DNA of 64,000 nucleotides, taken from assembly GCA_964016885.1 (NCBI GenBank), contig OZ024743.1, forward strand, positions 321,036,001-321,100,000, read 5' to 3'. Shown here piece by piece: positions 40,138-55,211 of the stretch. The notes beneath the pieces were generated by a model. The model did not search any database, was not told the origin of the DNA, and saw only the letters and a program-made list of their open reading frames with translations. Origin of the DNA: Eledone cirrhosa (taxonomy: Eukaryota). Position 1 is the first letter of the stretch; every line of letters starts with the position of its first letter. The position numbers and the translations under genes are program-made.

Positions 40138-40305
40138 ATGGACACACTAGAAGAGGAAGACCAAGGTTAACATATGTTGATGCCCTAAGGACAGACACTG
40201 GTCTGTTGGAGATGCAGGATATGGCAGCGATAATGAGGGACAGAGACCGCTGGAGAGAACTCGTCCATGGATCTCGGGAATTTTACCCGCCTTAGATAGA
40301 TAGAT
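40138..40305 (+). mobile_element. 3' end of an RTE-superfamily LINE with (TAGA)n tail inside a (TA)n tract
   Basis: [29 protein letters not shown], stop, then tagatagatagat. Confidence 0.7.
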
Positions 40306-40311
40306 ATATAC

Positions 40312-40378
<67 letters not shown>

Positions 40379-40382
<4 letters not shown>

Positions 40383-40889
40383 TAAATGGAATAGAAAATG
40401 CTGACAAATTGTTCACAGTGAAAAATAGCTTAATTAGGAATAAGTGAGAATTAGTAATAGTATTGGTTAGTATTAAGTTTTGGTTTTAAGTTTTACCGGT
40501 TGCGCATTTCTAATGCTTTTCAAAAATAATTGTGAGATAGAGCGTCCGTGATGTTTGCTCTGATCTGAGTAGTTTTGGGAATTCTACCTGTTTCTATGTT
40601 AAAAAAGTGGCTCCAGCGGTAATAAAATAAGTTTTGCACCAATTCGTGTTCAAAAATTCTTGTGGTGAAAACAATTTTGATTGGTCGGTAGAGGTCATGT
40701 GAATGTAAAAAATTGATTTTGCGCCAAATGTAGGTTTGTGTCGGCTGACTGAAAAATTAGTATTTCACAACAAATATGTGTGTGTGTGTGTGTGTGTAGT
40801 AGTAGTAAAGAGGTTCGTTGTTGTGATAATGGTCAGCAGGGACGTGTGCGCGAACCGCAGCCTGTTGACAGTTCAAATGCCTATTAAGA

Positions 40890-40936
<47 letters not shown>

Positions 40937-41044
40937 CAGAGTATTTCGTGGTAGAGGGATGGTCAGTAGGAATGTGTCTGTAAGTGTGTGGGGGATATTT
41001 TAACATGTTAAAATATATATTTTCAGCTCTTGTCTTATACAGAG

Positions 41045-41111
<67 letters not shown>

Positions 41112-42766
41112 TCTTTGTATGTTAATGTACGCGTGTGTATGTGTGTGTGTGTATATATATGTGTGTGTGTGTGTGTGTGAGAGAATGTGTGTGTGTGTGG
41201 GTGTGGGGGGATTAGTATTTATTTCTGTTTAAATGGTGTACATTATTCGATATTTTCAGTAAAATCGATTCTCTCAATAGAACATCAAAAAACCTTAATA
41301 ATAAAAGGTGTGAAATGATATAGAGTATTGGCATAATACCAAGGTGTGTGTTAGTGTGTCCAGATTGTACGTACTGCAAGGGGGATCTATTAGGCCTTGC
41401 CGTATTGGAATACCTGTGCACAAATATGTATCTGGAGTGTGTCCAGAAATTGTATACCCGTGCACAAATAGTATACCTTTGCACAAACTGTACACATGTA
41501 TCTGGAGTGTGTCCAGAAATTGTATACCTGTGCACAAATATGTATGTGCCCATCAGTGTGCAATGCATGTGTGCGTTTATGTATGTGTGTGTATCGGTAC
41601 GTTTATATCTATAGACATCAAAAGGTATGCAAATTTGTGTATATTTGTGTTGCACCATAGAACATGTGTGTTTACGTATGTCATTGTGTTTATAAGTGGG
41701 TAGAGATGTATGCTGATGTAGGTATGTATGTTGACGTGTGTATGTTGTCGGTTCGTCTTAGGGAGAAGTGTTTAGAAGGGGTCCGTATTTGTTAATAAAG
41801 TAAGATTCCTTGCTGATGTGCTGGGTGTGGGTGGCATTATTTTTAAATTTGTAGAGGGGAAAGATTCTGAAGTTGGGATGATTTTGGGCGGCACAGGTAT
41901 CAATGTGTTCACTCAGTGGTATTTTCCTGTATTCCCGTATTTTAATTTGGAATCTATGGACAGTCATACGTTGGCGGAGGCTGCTTTTGGTCTGGCCTAT
42001 GTATTGTTCTCGACAACCTGAGCAAGTTAATACATATATTAGATTTTCTGATGCGCATGTGAAATTGTGTTTTACTATAAAACGTTGTCCTTCTTTGAAA
42101 TAGAATTCCGAACCCTCTATTAGGTTGATGCAGATGCCACAGTTGGGTCTATCGCATTTTTTTACTGTGGGTTTCGTTGTTGTGGTTGGCAGTACTTTGG
42201 CATGTGTTAGGATATTTTTCATTGACTTAGATTGTCTTTTGCTCTTTATGATATCGTGTGTTCGTAGGATTTGGTTCATTCTATGGTCCTTTTTCAACAC
42301 AGGGATGTTCTGGAGGATGGTGTCAAAGGCCTCATTGTTGAGGGGGTTGTGTGTGGAGATGTATGGAAGAGCTTTTAGTTTCGGTTGATTTACTTTAGGG
42401 TGTCTAAGGTCCTGGGTACTGAGTCTTGGGGCACGTTGGATTCCATTGTCAATTAGTGATGCAGGGTAGTCCCTGCCTATGAGTGTGTCCTTTAGTTCTT
42501 GTAGCCGTAAGTTGCAGGTGTTTTTATTGGAGACTATAGTACAGATTCTCTTGGATAAGTTGTAGGGAATATTAATTTTAACGTGTCTAGGATGGCAAGA
42601 GTTGAAAGGAAGATATTGTTTGGAGTCTGTGGGCTTGTAGTATATGTCTGTTTCTATTTTTTGTTATGGATCTTAATGAGGATGTCGAGGAAGGGGAGTT
42701 GCTGATGGCTGTATTCCATCGTGAAGTTAATATTCGTGTTGAGCCCATTTATAAGGGTGTGAAATT

Positions 42767-42770
<4 letters not shown>
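40379..42770 (-). mobile_element. 5'-truncated Neptune-like PLE (RT thumb, CxxxxCxxC linker, GIY-YIG) with long 3' UTR
   Basis: ORF 41758-42300 KCDRPNCGIC..FTCASENLIYVLTCSGCREQYIGQT..LRQRMTVHR; upstream YYKPTDSKQYLPFNSCHP. Confidence 0.9.
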
Positions 42771-42840
<70 letters not shown>

Positions 42841-42865
42841 GTATATATATATACGTATATATATA

Positions 42866-42947
<82 letters not shown>

Positions 42948-42952
<5 letters not shown>

Positions 42953-43641
42953 ATTGTTATACTTGGGGAGGGTCATATTTCTGTAATATTGCCAGAATTA
43001 ATAACAGAACACACTCACTGTTTGGTTGCTTTTCGCTTCTGTGTCTTTTATATCGGTAATTTAATTTATTCAGTCCTCAATGTTGCCATGGACTGACCAA
43101 CGGTCAAAGATATAGATACAATGTAGACACAAACACATATATATAGTTTATCAAAGTTCTTTCGTTGCACATCTGCAACATCGTCAGTGGTGCTATTGTT
43201 TCCTCCCGTTGGATTGTATTTTCTACGCCATCTTTATTTAGACTGTTTATATATTTATTTATTTATTTATTTGTTTATTTATTTTTTTGTCTTCTTTGCG
43301 CATGCGTTTACGTGTGTGTATAGTGTTTTGTTTGATGTGTGTTCGTGATTGGGTGACTGTATATTGGTTAATATGATCTATCTTTATTAGTGAGTGTTTA
43401 TATGTGTGTGTTGTTATTGTGCTTGTGTATGTAGTTATTTATTTATCTATTTATTTATTTATTTATTTATTTATACTTCTCTGAGGTCAGTGTTGTTTGT
43501 TTGGGTGTTGTTGTTATTCCATTCATTTTTTCTGTTTAGCCTTGGCCTTCTAAGTACCATTTCACTGGCCTCTCTGATTTGCCTGGGTCATTTATGTTTA
43601 GATATTATTCTAATTTCTAAGTTGTCCATGTTACCGTCGTG

Positions 43642-43643
<2 letters not shown>
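42948..43643 (-). mobile_element. Short PLE 3' end related to the 54933-58740 family, with degenerate HHR at 43150-43191
   Basis: Reverse translation gives RQIREASEM..PRLNRKNEWN (compare RQITEAINI..PKLNRKYEWN at about 58200). CTGACGA..GAAAgaacTT; similar terminus tgttatacttggggaggg. Confidence 0.7.
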
Positions 43644-43700
<57 letters not shown>

Positions 43701-43704
43701 TATA

Positions 43705-43757
<53 letters not shown>

Positions 43758-43765
43758 TTATATAT

Positions 43766-43879
43766 AAGTTGAAAAAAATGAAAACGAAATTTCATTTCTC
43801 ACTCTTAGTATGGCACTTACTTAAATGTAAGTATGTATGCATACGTACATACATATATGTCTACAGACGTACAGTAGCA

Positions 43880-43926
<47 letters not shown>

Positions 43927-44197
43927 GCATACAGGTACACATACATATATGCACGCATCAGTTTAGCCGACGTTTATTATAACGCCTGCTTTGTTCGTTT
44001 GTTTGTCAACAAATCGAACAGCCTGAATTTATGCCATACGGTGTTAAGGCAACCACGTCACCTTTTTGTTCAACACTGACACAGGAACGATGTACTAGTT
44101 TCAAGCTTGTTAGCTATCATCAGCACCGTTTACCCATCTGCCAGATGCGTTTACCCATCTGCCAGATGCGTGCATATATGTATGTGTACCTGTATGC

Positions 44198-44270
<73 letters not shown>

Positions 44271-44708
44271 TGCTACTGTACGTCTGTAGACATATATGTA
44301 TGTACGTATACATACATACTTACATTTAAGTAAGTGCCATACTAAGAGTGAGAAATGAAATTTCGTTTTCATTTTTTTCAACTTATCGTTTTCGGTATGC
44401 CTGACCGATTTAACTCACTCAATATGCAAATTAGGCTGCTCAGCCGTTAATTTTCATAAGGAAAGTATATACTTTCGAACGTTCAACTATCTGGCAGATG
44501 GGTAAACGGTGCTGATGATAGCTAACAAGCTTGAAACTAGTACATCGTTCCTGTGTCAGTGTTGAACAAAAAGGTGACGTGGTTGCCTTAACACCGTATG
44601 GCATAAATTCAGGCTGTTCGATTTGTTGACAAACAAACGAACAAAGCAGGCGTTATAATAAACGTCGGCTAAACTGATGCGTGCATATATGTATGTGTAC
44701 CTGTATGC

Positions 44709-44755
<47 letters not shown>

Positions 44756-45193
44756 TGCTACTGTACGTCTGTAGACATATATGTATGTACGTATACATAC
44801 ATACTTTCATTTAAGTAAGTGCCATACTAAGAGTGAGAAATGAAATTTCGTTTTCATTTTTTTCAACTTATCGTTTTCGGTATGCCTGACCGATTTAACT
44901 CACTCAATATGCAAATTAGGCTACTCAGCCGTTAATTTTCATAAGGAAAGTATATACTTTCGAACGTTCAACTATCTGGCAGATGGGTAAACGGTGCTGA
45001 TGATAGCTAACAAGCTTGAAACTAGTACATCGTTCCTGTGTCAGTGTTGAACAAAAAGGTGACGTGGTTGCCTTAACACCGTATGGCATAAATTCAGGCT
45101 GTTCGATTTGTTGACAAACAAACGAACAAAGCAGGCGTTATAATAAACGTCGGCTAAACTGATGCGTGCATATATGTATGTGTACCTGTATGC

Positions 45194-45234
<41 letters not shown>

Positions 45235-45287
45235 TGCTACTGTACGTCTGTAGACATATATGTATGTACGTATACATACATACTTAT
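43766..45287. repeat. HHR-containing 485-bp tandem array with inverted head, flanked by (TA)n
   Basis: HHRs at 44086-44130(-), 44505-44549(+) and 44990-45034(+); flip at about 44165 after a duplicated cgtttacccatctgccagatg. Confidence 0.9.
44505..44549 (+). ncRNA. Minimal type-I hammerhead
   Basis: aacggtg CTGATGA tagct aaca agctt GAAA ctag TA catcgtt. Confidence 0.9.
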
Positions 45288-45358
45288 ATTTATATATATA
45301 TATATATATGTGTATATATATTTATATATATATATAGATATATATATGTATATATATT

Positions 45359-45389
<31 letters not shown>

Positions 45390-45445
45390 TTATATATATA
45401 TATTTATATATATGTATATATATTTATATATATATATTTATATAT

Positions 45446-45479
<34 letters not shown>

Positions 45480-45489
45480 TTATATATAC

Positions 45490-45565
<76 letters not shown>

Positions 45566-45569
<4 letters not shown>

Positions 45570-45798
45570 GTGAAATTTTTTTTACAAAATGAAAAATAAC
45601 TGAGGTGTCCTACACGAGTGAAAGTATAAAGAAAAAGAGATGAAATCGAAAATGCAACTGAAGTGTTATTTTTTTTAAAAATATATATATTTATTTGGTT
45701 CCTTTACCGGTTTCGCAGTTCTTCTGCTTTTCACAAGGTGAGTTGAGATGGAGGGTCTGTGGTTTTTAAACCCCAGACCCTCCATCTCAACTCACCTT
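45566..45798 (-). mobile_element. Short pLTR remnant with HHR-like motif, ending in a perfect hairpin
   Basis: Reverse strand: cctt GTGAAAA gcag aagaa ctgc GAAA ccgg TA aagg; 25-bp stem hairpin at 45736-45798. Confidence 0.6.
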
Positions 45799-45802
45799 AA
45801 GT

Positions 45803-45994
45803 ACTAAACAACATAAGGCAATTATTCCATTTACCAGTGGTTTCTTAAATGCAAACAATTTTGTTTTCAATCATCAGAATGAAAAAATCCTGGTCTATTT
45901 ATTGATATCGGATTTTAAAAACAAAAGTGCAATCTATATGAAAGTGAGGCTGGAGAAGGAAGAAAGAAAGGAAAAATAAAATAAAAACACACAT

Positions 45995-46044
<50 letters not shown>

Positions 46045-46054
46045 TTATATACAT

Positions 46055-46111
<57 letters not shown>

Positions 46112-47862
46112 CACACATACATACACACACACACATATACATATATATATGTGTATATATATACATACACATACATATACACATACATACATACACACAT
46201 AAATATCAACATATCCATACATACACATGCATATATACAACCACACACATATATATACACATATATATATATATAGAAATATAAATATACACATTCACAT
46301 ACATAGCCATACACACATACATATACATACATACACACAATCATACGTATATATACACGTATATGCACAATATTAGAAAAATATACACACACCACTACAT
46401 ATTCACACACGCAAATAAATATAAGAAAAAATATATATAAAATAATAAAGACAAAATTTGACAGCGATACAGGCAACAAATAAATGAAAAAACACACGTG
46501 GTAAGCAATACACACAAATGCACGTACACATACATACGTAAAAATTAAATACATACACACACTCTCACACATAAATATACATATATAAAAACATAAACAC
46601 ATACATACGCATACACAAATACACACACACACACACACATATACACACATATACACATATACACACCTTATCATAAACCTAATGAAAATCTTAGGTATAT
46701 ACACAAAGAGTCTTGCCACCCCCCTATAATAATAATCTTATTCCCAACATTAGCCGTAGGATTTCTACCTTATCTTCGTCTATAGACATGTTTAGTAAAG
46801 CCGCCCCTTATTATAATAAAGCCCTTAAGAACAGCGGTTTTACTGAACAAATTTATTATTTACCCACTCCCCCACCCTAAAACTAACCACAATAACAGGA
46901 AAAGGAAAATTATTTGGTTTACACCCCCCTTCTCTCTAACTGTCAAAACTAATGTAAGAAGGAAATTCCTTGAACTCTTAGATAAACATTTTCCTCCTAA
47001 TCATAGATATTATAAGATTTTTAATAGGAATGTAGTTAAGATCAGTTACTCTTGTTGCCCATCTATGAAGTCCAAAATCACTAATTGGAATCGTACGAGA
47101 ACAAATCCAGGATGCAGTTGCAGGAAGCCGGATGGATGCCCATTGCAGGGCAAATGTAACACCAAATCTGTTGTTTATGTGGCTAAAATAACACTTTTAA
47201 TCAACAACCAGCCACCCAGGAGTGAGCGATATGTCGGCATGACCCAGGACAGGTTTAAAACCAGGTTTTACTCACATGTCGCTTCTTTTAAGCACTCCTA
47301 TAAACGAACAACAACGGCCCTCGCAAGTAAGGTGTGGGAATTCAAGGATAAAAACATCCCGTACTCTATCGATTGGTCTATTTTAGACCATTCGAGGGAG
47401 TACCAAAGGGGCACAAAGAATTGTTCTTTGTGTACCACAGAAAAATATAGGAATTTGCTAAACTTGAAAGCCACTTCTGCTTGCCTGAACTCAAAGACCG
47501 AGATTTTCAGATGTTGTCCTCATCTGAAATCACATCTGATCTGTAACTGGATTGACATTCCTATGATTACTCAACTGCCTTGAACTCCTCCTCTGCTCTT
47601 TACTTCTACTACGGATTTTTACCTGCTGAATCCACGTTCTGTACACTTGTATTCTCTTTCTCACTTATCTCCCCTTATATTTAAACCTTTTCCTATGTCA
47701 TTTTCCCCCCCTCCTTTTCCCCCATATTTTTTTGCCTAACCCTTGACATACCAAAAAATTTTTTATTTTTAGATATTAATTTTTTTATATAATGGTTTTG
47801 TGTGTTTTTATATAATAGCCTCAGAATAGGCTTGAGCTCTGCCGTAGGGTCAGGCTTCTTCC

Positions 47863-47913
<51 letters not shown>

Positions 47914-48380
47914 TTTTCCATGTGTTTTTGTATTTCTGTGGTTGGTGTTTTTTTGTGTGTGTGTGTGTATGTATATATATATTTATGTGTGTGTGTGTGT
48001 GTGTGTGTGTGTACATATGTATACATGTATTAGGGTGTATATATGTGCATCATTATATATAGTGATTTGATGAATATTTTCATTGATCTTTTGCTCCATG
48101 AACTTGTTGAGTGCTCAAGGTCTGCTATGGGCATTTATACACTTTTCTAAAAAAAAATATATATATATTTTTATTTATTACTTGTCAAATTTTGTTATAT
48201 ATAAAATATTTATTTTATATTATATTATGTATGTTCTTTCTCATATATATATATATATATATATATATTGAGTTATATATGTATGTGTTTGTGTGCGTAT
48301 GCATACGTATGTGTATGTATATATGTGTGTGTAGGTATATATGTGTATGTTAGTAAGTATGTATTATGTGTATGTATGTG

Positions 48381-48437
<57 letters not shown>

Positions 48438-48668
48438 GTATATTTTAGAGTTAAATAAGGTTCATATGAATTATCTAAGAATGAGTTTTACACACACATA
48501 TATATATATGTGTGTGTGTTTGTATTTGGTTGTGCGTGTTTGTGATTTGCACGTATTTGTATGTGTATAATTGTATGGCTATGTATGTGTGTGTATATAT
48601 GTGTATATATATATATGTGTATATATATGTATATATATATATATATATATGTGTATGTGTATGTATGT

Positions 48669-48708
<40 letters not shown>

Positions 48709-49341
48709 ATATGTGTATATATGTGTGTGTGTGTGTATGTATTTGTGTATGCGTATGTATGTGTTTATGTTTTTATATATGTATATTTATGTGTGAGAGT
48801 GTGTGTATGTATTTAATTTTTACGTATGTGTACATGCATTTGTGTGTATTGCTTACCACGTGTGTTTTTTCATTTATTTGTTGCCTGTATCGCTTTAAAC
48901 TTTTGTCTTTATTATTTTATATATATTTTTTCTTATATTTATTTGCGTGTGTGAATATGTAGAGGTGTGTGTATATTTTTCTAATATTGTGCATGCAATT
49001 GTATGCATGTATATATGTGTGTATGTATGTGTTTGTATGTACGTGTATATATACGTATGATTGTGTGTGTGTATGTATGTATGTATGTATGTATGTATGT
49101 ATGTATGTATGTATGTATGTATGTATGTATGTGTATGTGTGTATGGCTACGTATGTGAATGTGTATGCATATATATATATATATATATATGTGTGTGTAT
49201 ATATATGTGTGTGGTTGTATATATGCATGTGTATGTATGGATATGTTGATATTTATGTGTGTATGTATGTACGTGTATATGTATGTGTATGTATATATAT
49301 ACACATATACATGTGTATATGTGTGTGTATGTATGTGTGTA

Positions 49342-49420
<79 letters not shown>

Positions 49421-49650
49421 ATGCATATAATCGTGTGTGTGTGTGTGTGTTTGCATGTGTGTTTTTATTTTATTTTTCCTTTTCTTCTTCCTTCTCCAGT
49501 CTCACTTTCATATGGATTGCATTCTTGTTTTCAAAATCCGATATCAATAAATAGACCCGGATTTTTTTCTTTCTGATGATTGAAACCAACATTTTTTGCT
49601 TTTAAGAAACCAGTGGTAAATGAAATAATTGCCTTATGTTGATTATTACA
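45803..49650 (+). mobile_element. Composite insertion: truncated PLE (about 46660-47866) plus microsatellite-rich tail, bracketed by inverted repeats of about 850 bp
   Basis: CSCRKPDGCPLQGKC..VVYVAK..YVGMTQDRFKTRF. 45803-46660 is the reverse complement of about 48700-49650. HHRs at 45825-45884(-) and 49566-49625(+). Confidence 0.8.
45825..45884 (-). ncRNA. Type-I hammerhead
   Basis: ttcatt CTGATGA ttgaa..tttaa GAAA ccactgg TA aatgga. Confidence 0.75.
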
Positions 49651-49749
49651 TAACTATATATATATATATATAACGAAGGAAATGTGGTAAGGAAGCAGGT
49701 GGACCATAACGCACCAAAGTACTCAATACTTTGGGTAGTAGAGTGGGTA

Positions 49750-49987
<238 letters not shown>

Positions 49988-50109
49988 GTATATATATATA
50001 TATATACGTATATATATATATATATATATATACGTATATATATATATATATGTATACGTATATGTATATATATATATATATATATACGTATATATATATA
50101 TATGTATAC

Positions 50110-50155
<46 letters not shown>

Positions 50156-50265
50156 ACGTATATATACATATATATATATATATATACGTATATATATATT
50201 TATATATATATACGTATATATATTTATATATATACGTATATATATTTATATATATATACGTATAA

Positions 50266-50332
<67 letters not shown>

Positions 50333-50479
50333 GTATATATATATATATATACGTATATATATATACGTATATATATATATATATACGTATATATATATAT
50401 ATATACGTATATATATATACGTATATATATATATAAATACGTATAAATATATATATATATACGTATATATATATATACG

Positions 50480-50578
<99 letters not shown>

Positions 50579-50604
50579 GTGCATATATATATATATATAT
50601 ATAC

Positions 50605-50650
<46 letters not shown>

Positions 50651-50766
50651 GTATATATATATATATATATATATACGTATATATATATATATGCGTATAT
50701 ATATATATATATACGTATATATATATATATATATATATATATACGTATATATATATATATATCCGG

Positions 50767-50797
<31 letters not shown>

Positions 50798-50809
50798 AGT
50801 ATATATATA

Positions 50810-50841
<32 letters not shown>

Positions 50842-50941
50842 CGTATATATATATATATATATCCGTAAAACACAACATTGACTTCTCTACCAAGAACATC
50901 CCAATCCCATCCCATTCCCACCGAAAAAACTTTACCTTCGG

Positions 50942-53032
50942 ATGCTCACGCAAAAAATCGATCTATTTGCGAAAAGACTTAGATGGAGAACTTTTTTCTA
51001 TGACAGATATTGCGACAACCAAGACTTCGGCACCAAGGAGAGATTCGGATTTATTACCTACAAATCTCCGCCCCTGAACCCCTTGCTCGCACCCTTCGAG
51101 AATGACCTCTTCCAACTGGTCAAGAACATTAAATTTAAACCCCGACACAACCGATTCCTACAAAAACTCCGTAGCAACTTAACAGAGTATGATAACACAA
51201 ATGACATCATGGTGCATTCGGATAAAACTGGGAACCTATACTTTGTCAACCCTGACAGATACCACACACTGATCAGGAGCAGCCTAAACTCCACCTATAA
51301 AAAGGCCAACCACTCTTGCATCGAGGACATAAATCGAGATGGACAACAAATCACCTCCAGCCTCGGGGTCGCCGACCGCACGGAACCTCTAGACCCACGG
51401 ACACCATACTTCACACTGAAGGACCATAAATCCGATTTTGACCGTAAACCCTCTATCAGGCTTATTAACCCAACGAAGTCCGATATAGGGAGAATCAGCA
51501 AAAAAATCCTAGACCGCGTGATACCAAAAGTCAAGCAACACACCCGACTTAGCCTATGGATCAACACCCAGGAAGTAATCTCCTGGTTCAGCAATATGGA
51601 GGATAAACGAGAAACTAAATTCATACAGTTCGACATAGAGAGCTACTATGCTTCAATCACCTTACCGCTACTTACTGCCGCCTTGGACTTCGCCGAAACA
51701 CTTGTGCCCATCACCGACCAGGAAAGAAAAATCATCCTCCACGCCAGGAAGACAGTCTTACTCTTTGACGACTCTAAATGGATAAAAAGAGCTCCCGACT
51801 CACCCTTCGACGTCAGCATGGGCGCCACGGATTCGGCGGAGGTCACAGATCTTATAGGATTATTCCTAATAGCCAAACTCACTGATATGTTTCCTGCATT
51901 CGGTGGTGGATTGTACCGTGATGATGGGCTCCTTACCCTTAAAGGGTACAACCCCAGTAGTACAGATCGGGTCCGGAAACAATTAATCAGATTCTTCCGC
52001 GACTGGGGATTTAAAATAACCCTACAAACGTCCCTGACCCGAGTAAACTTCCTGGACGTGACCCTCGACCTCGAAAACGACCTGTACTACCCATACAGGA
52101 AACCTAATGACAATCTGCACTACATCCACCGCCGATCAAACCATCCTAGGAACATCACAAACAACCTGGTCAAAAACATCTCCCTCCGCATATCCCGTTT
52201 GTCAGCTAATGAGCGGATATTCGATGAACATGCGCCTTATTACAACCAGGCCCTCAAGCGGAGTGGTTTCCGGGAGGAAATATCCTACTGTCCAGCTCCC
52301 ATTAGCGGAACCAGCAGGAGACACCGCCGCTCACGCAATGTAACATGGTTCAATCCTCCCCACAACGCAGAGGTGACTACTCCCATCGGGAAACTATTCT
52401 TTAGGCTCATTGAAAAACACTTCCCATTACAACACCGCTACCACAACACAATTAACAAAAATACCATCAAACTCTCTTACAGCACTACACCAAACTTCGC
52501 ACAAAACATCGTCTCCTCTAACAACAAAAAACTCAACCCCGATGGCAGAAATAACCTAAATAGCAGTGGAGAACCGACCAGGAGGTGTAACTGCCCGGAT
52601 AGATCTATTTGCCCACTCGACAATAGATGCAGAGACCGTAATGTGATCTACCAGTGCAACGTGAGGACGGATACCTCCAACAAAGCCTATATAGGACTTA
52701 CCGCATGTGACTTCAAGACCCGGCTATACCAACATAGACATACCTTCCGAAACCCGGCCCGGCGTCACGCCACTACACTTTCGGGCCACATATGGGACCT
52801 CAAGGACAACAACATCACCTATGATCTCACTTGGAGATTACTGTCCAGAGCCAATTCTTACACGGGAGGACGCCGTCCGTGCAATTTATGCTCGGAGGAA
52901 ACTTTACAAATGCTGTTTTCGACGGACCAACTCCTAAACAAGAAAGATGAACTGGTTACTGCATGTAAACATAGATTGCGTAGGACTTACCTCGCCCTCA
53001 AACCCCATAATGACCCGGGGGGGGGGGGGTAG
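50942..53032 (+). CDS. PLE reverse transcriptase + GIY-YIG endonuclease (696 aa)
   Basis: [95 protein letters not shown]. Confidence 0.95.
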   Translation: MLTQKIDLFAKRLRWRTFFYDRYCDNQDFGTKERFGFITYKSPPLNPLLAPFENDLFQLVKNIKFKPRHNRFLQKLRSNLTEYDNTNDIMVHSDKTGNLYFVNPDRYHTLIRSSLNSTYKKANHSCIEDINRDGQQITSSLGVADRTEPLDPRTPYFTLKDHKSDFDRKPSIRLINPTKSDIGRISKKILDRVIPKVKQHTRLSLWINTQEVISWFSNMEDKRETKFIQFDIESYYASITLPLLTAALDFAETLVPITDQERKIILHARKTVLLFDDSKWIKRAPDSPFDVSMGATDSAEVTDLIGLFLIAKLTDMFPAFGGGLYRDDGLLTLKGYNPSSTDRVRKQLIRFFRDWGFKITLQTSLTRVNFLDVTLDLENDLYYPYRKPNDNLHYIHRRSNHPRNITNNLVKNISLRISRLSANERIFDEHAPYYNQALKRSGFREEISYCPAPISGTSRRHRRSRNVTWFNPPHNAEVTTPIGKLFFRLIEKHFPLQHRYHNTINKNTIKLSYSTTPNFAQNIVSSNNKKLNPDGRNNLNSSGEPTRRCNCPDRSICPLDNRCRDRNVIYQCNVRTDTSNKAYIGLTACDFKTRLYQHRHTFRNPARRHATTLSGHIWDLKDNNITYDLTWRLLSRANSYTGGRRPCNLCSEETLQMLFSTDQLLNKKDELVTACKHRLRRTYLALKPHNDPGGGG

Positions 53033-54150
53033 ACTAGGGCTATAACACCCCACTTGCCGATTTTGCAATGGGTAACCCCTGCTTGCCAAGGAAGACGTAA
53101 GATCTTCTTTGTATTCTTTTATCGCTTCCTTTATTTCCTTCCCCCCTCTCTCCTTTGTCCTTCTACCCCAGCTCTTCTCCTTTGTCGGCGTCTTTTCTCG
53201 CCCACCCGAGGCTGCCCTTTGGCCCCATGTAGCCTTAGTACCCCCACCACCCCCTCCCCTAGTCTATGATAGATTTGGCGGACTCCGCCCTTTATAGCAG
53301 TTGGCTTAGACCCCGGATACTTGCCCCCTTTTTCCGACCGCTCCCACTATTCTCTGTGCCCTCTATATTTCTTAGTGGCACTTATGCCTTATTTTTTCGT
53401 TTCAGTATTTCTTGCTTCGCTTTTCTTCTGGGCGGGGTGGATTCTGAATTTATTTCTCCGTTTTCTACCTTTATTTCGTACGAACTTTCATGTAGCTTGT
53501 TTTAGATCTTTTAGAGTTAGCATTAGTATATATTATATTTTTCTCGGGACTCAGAATTATTATCTCGTACAAGTTCACTTTGCTGCACTGGGTCGTTGCT
53601 GGCCCGGGATGGATACCTTTATTGTTTATTTCGTGGTAGTCTCTTTAGTATTTTGGCCCCTTTTGTTGACCCGTCACCGTATCATTTACGTACTTATACC
53701 TCTTAAAAGGGTCCTTGCCTATACCGTCCCACCTAGTTCTTTTACTTATTTCGTTATTTCTTTATTTATTTATTTCTTTACTTCTTTCTTTCTTTCTTTA
53801 TTTTATTCTAGCCTAACAATAGCCTGAGACCTAGGTCGTAGAATTTAATTTACTTTACTTTTTTCTTTACACTTATTTAATTTTCTTCACTCTCAGTATT
53901 TTTTCTTTCCTATATATTTCTACCACCCCATTGTTCTACCTACCGTTCCGACTTCCTCCCCCTCCCCCTCCCCTGTATCTTCTTTGACCTCATGCCCAGC
54001 TGTAGCTGGCACTACCAACGCTTGATTGGGTCTACTCCACCCCCTCCCCTCTTTCTCCTACTGGCAGGTTTAGCCACCATCTCCCCTACTACTTTGCAAC
54101 CACAGAATTACTACTGATTTTTGACAATCACTTTGACCATATATGGAATT

Positions 54151-54244
54151 ACCCCTTGAGAAGATCGGCTATTTAAATACCAGGATAAATTTTCATTTAG
54201 TCCAGAATTAGCCGTCGAAACGGCTTGAGCTCAGCTGTCGGGGT
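54151..54244 (+). ncRNA. Type-I hammerhead, U3-A8 variant, long stem II
   Basis: acccc TTGAGAA gatcggcta..tagccgtc GAAA cggct tgagctc agctg TC ggggt. Confidence 0.8.
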
Positions 54245-54285
54245 CTTACTGGTTCCTATATACGTGTATATATATATATATATAC

Positions 54286-54377
<92 letters not shown>

Positions 54378-54411
54378 TTATATATATATATATACGTATA
54401 TATATATATAT

Positions 54412-54453
<42 letters not shown>

Positions 54454-54487
54454 TTATATATATATATATACGTATATGTATATATAT

Positions 54488-54535
<48 letters not shown>

Positions 54536-54569
54536 GTATATATATATATATACGTATATATATATATAT

Positions 54570-54673
<104 letters not shown>

Positions 54674-54713
54674 TTATATATATATATATACGTATATATA
54701 TATATATATATAT

Positions 54714-54773
<60 letters not shown>

Positions 54774-54805
54774 GTATATATATATACGTATATATATATA
54801 TGTAC

Positions 54806-54845
<40 letters not shown>

Positions 54846-55211
54846 GTATATATATATACGTATATATATATATGTACGTATATATATATATATATATACG
54901 TATATATATATATATATATACGTATATATATATATTGTTATACTTTGGGAGGGCCATGTTGCCAGTAAGAAACACACGCACCAGTTGCTTTCACTTCAAT
55001 TTATTATATATTTATAAATTTAAAAGTTTATAAATTTATAAATTTCTGGTTGGTTGGTTGGTTCCACAACCAGATAGTTGTTTATATATAGTCATAGTCC
55101 TTTCGTCACACACTCTGTGACCTCTTCAGTGACTGAGGATTCCTTTCTTTGTTTCTGTGCCTCTCCTTTGTTCTGTCCTACGCCATTTTGTTTCTGTGTG
55201 TGTGTTGTGTG

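Larger units (their letters stand above)
50863..54258 (+). mobile_element. Near-intact PLE (Hydra-like) bounded by (TA)n
   Basis: Single RT + GIY-YIG ORF, about 1.2-kb 3' UTR, terminal HHR. Confidence 0.95.
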
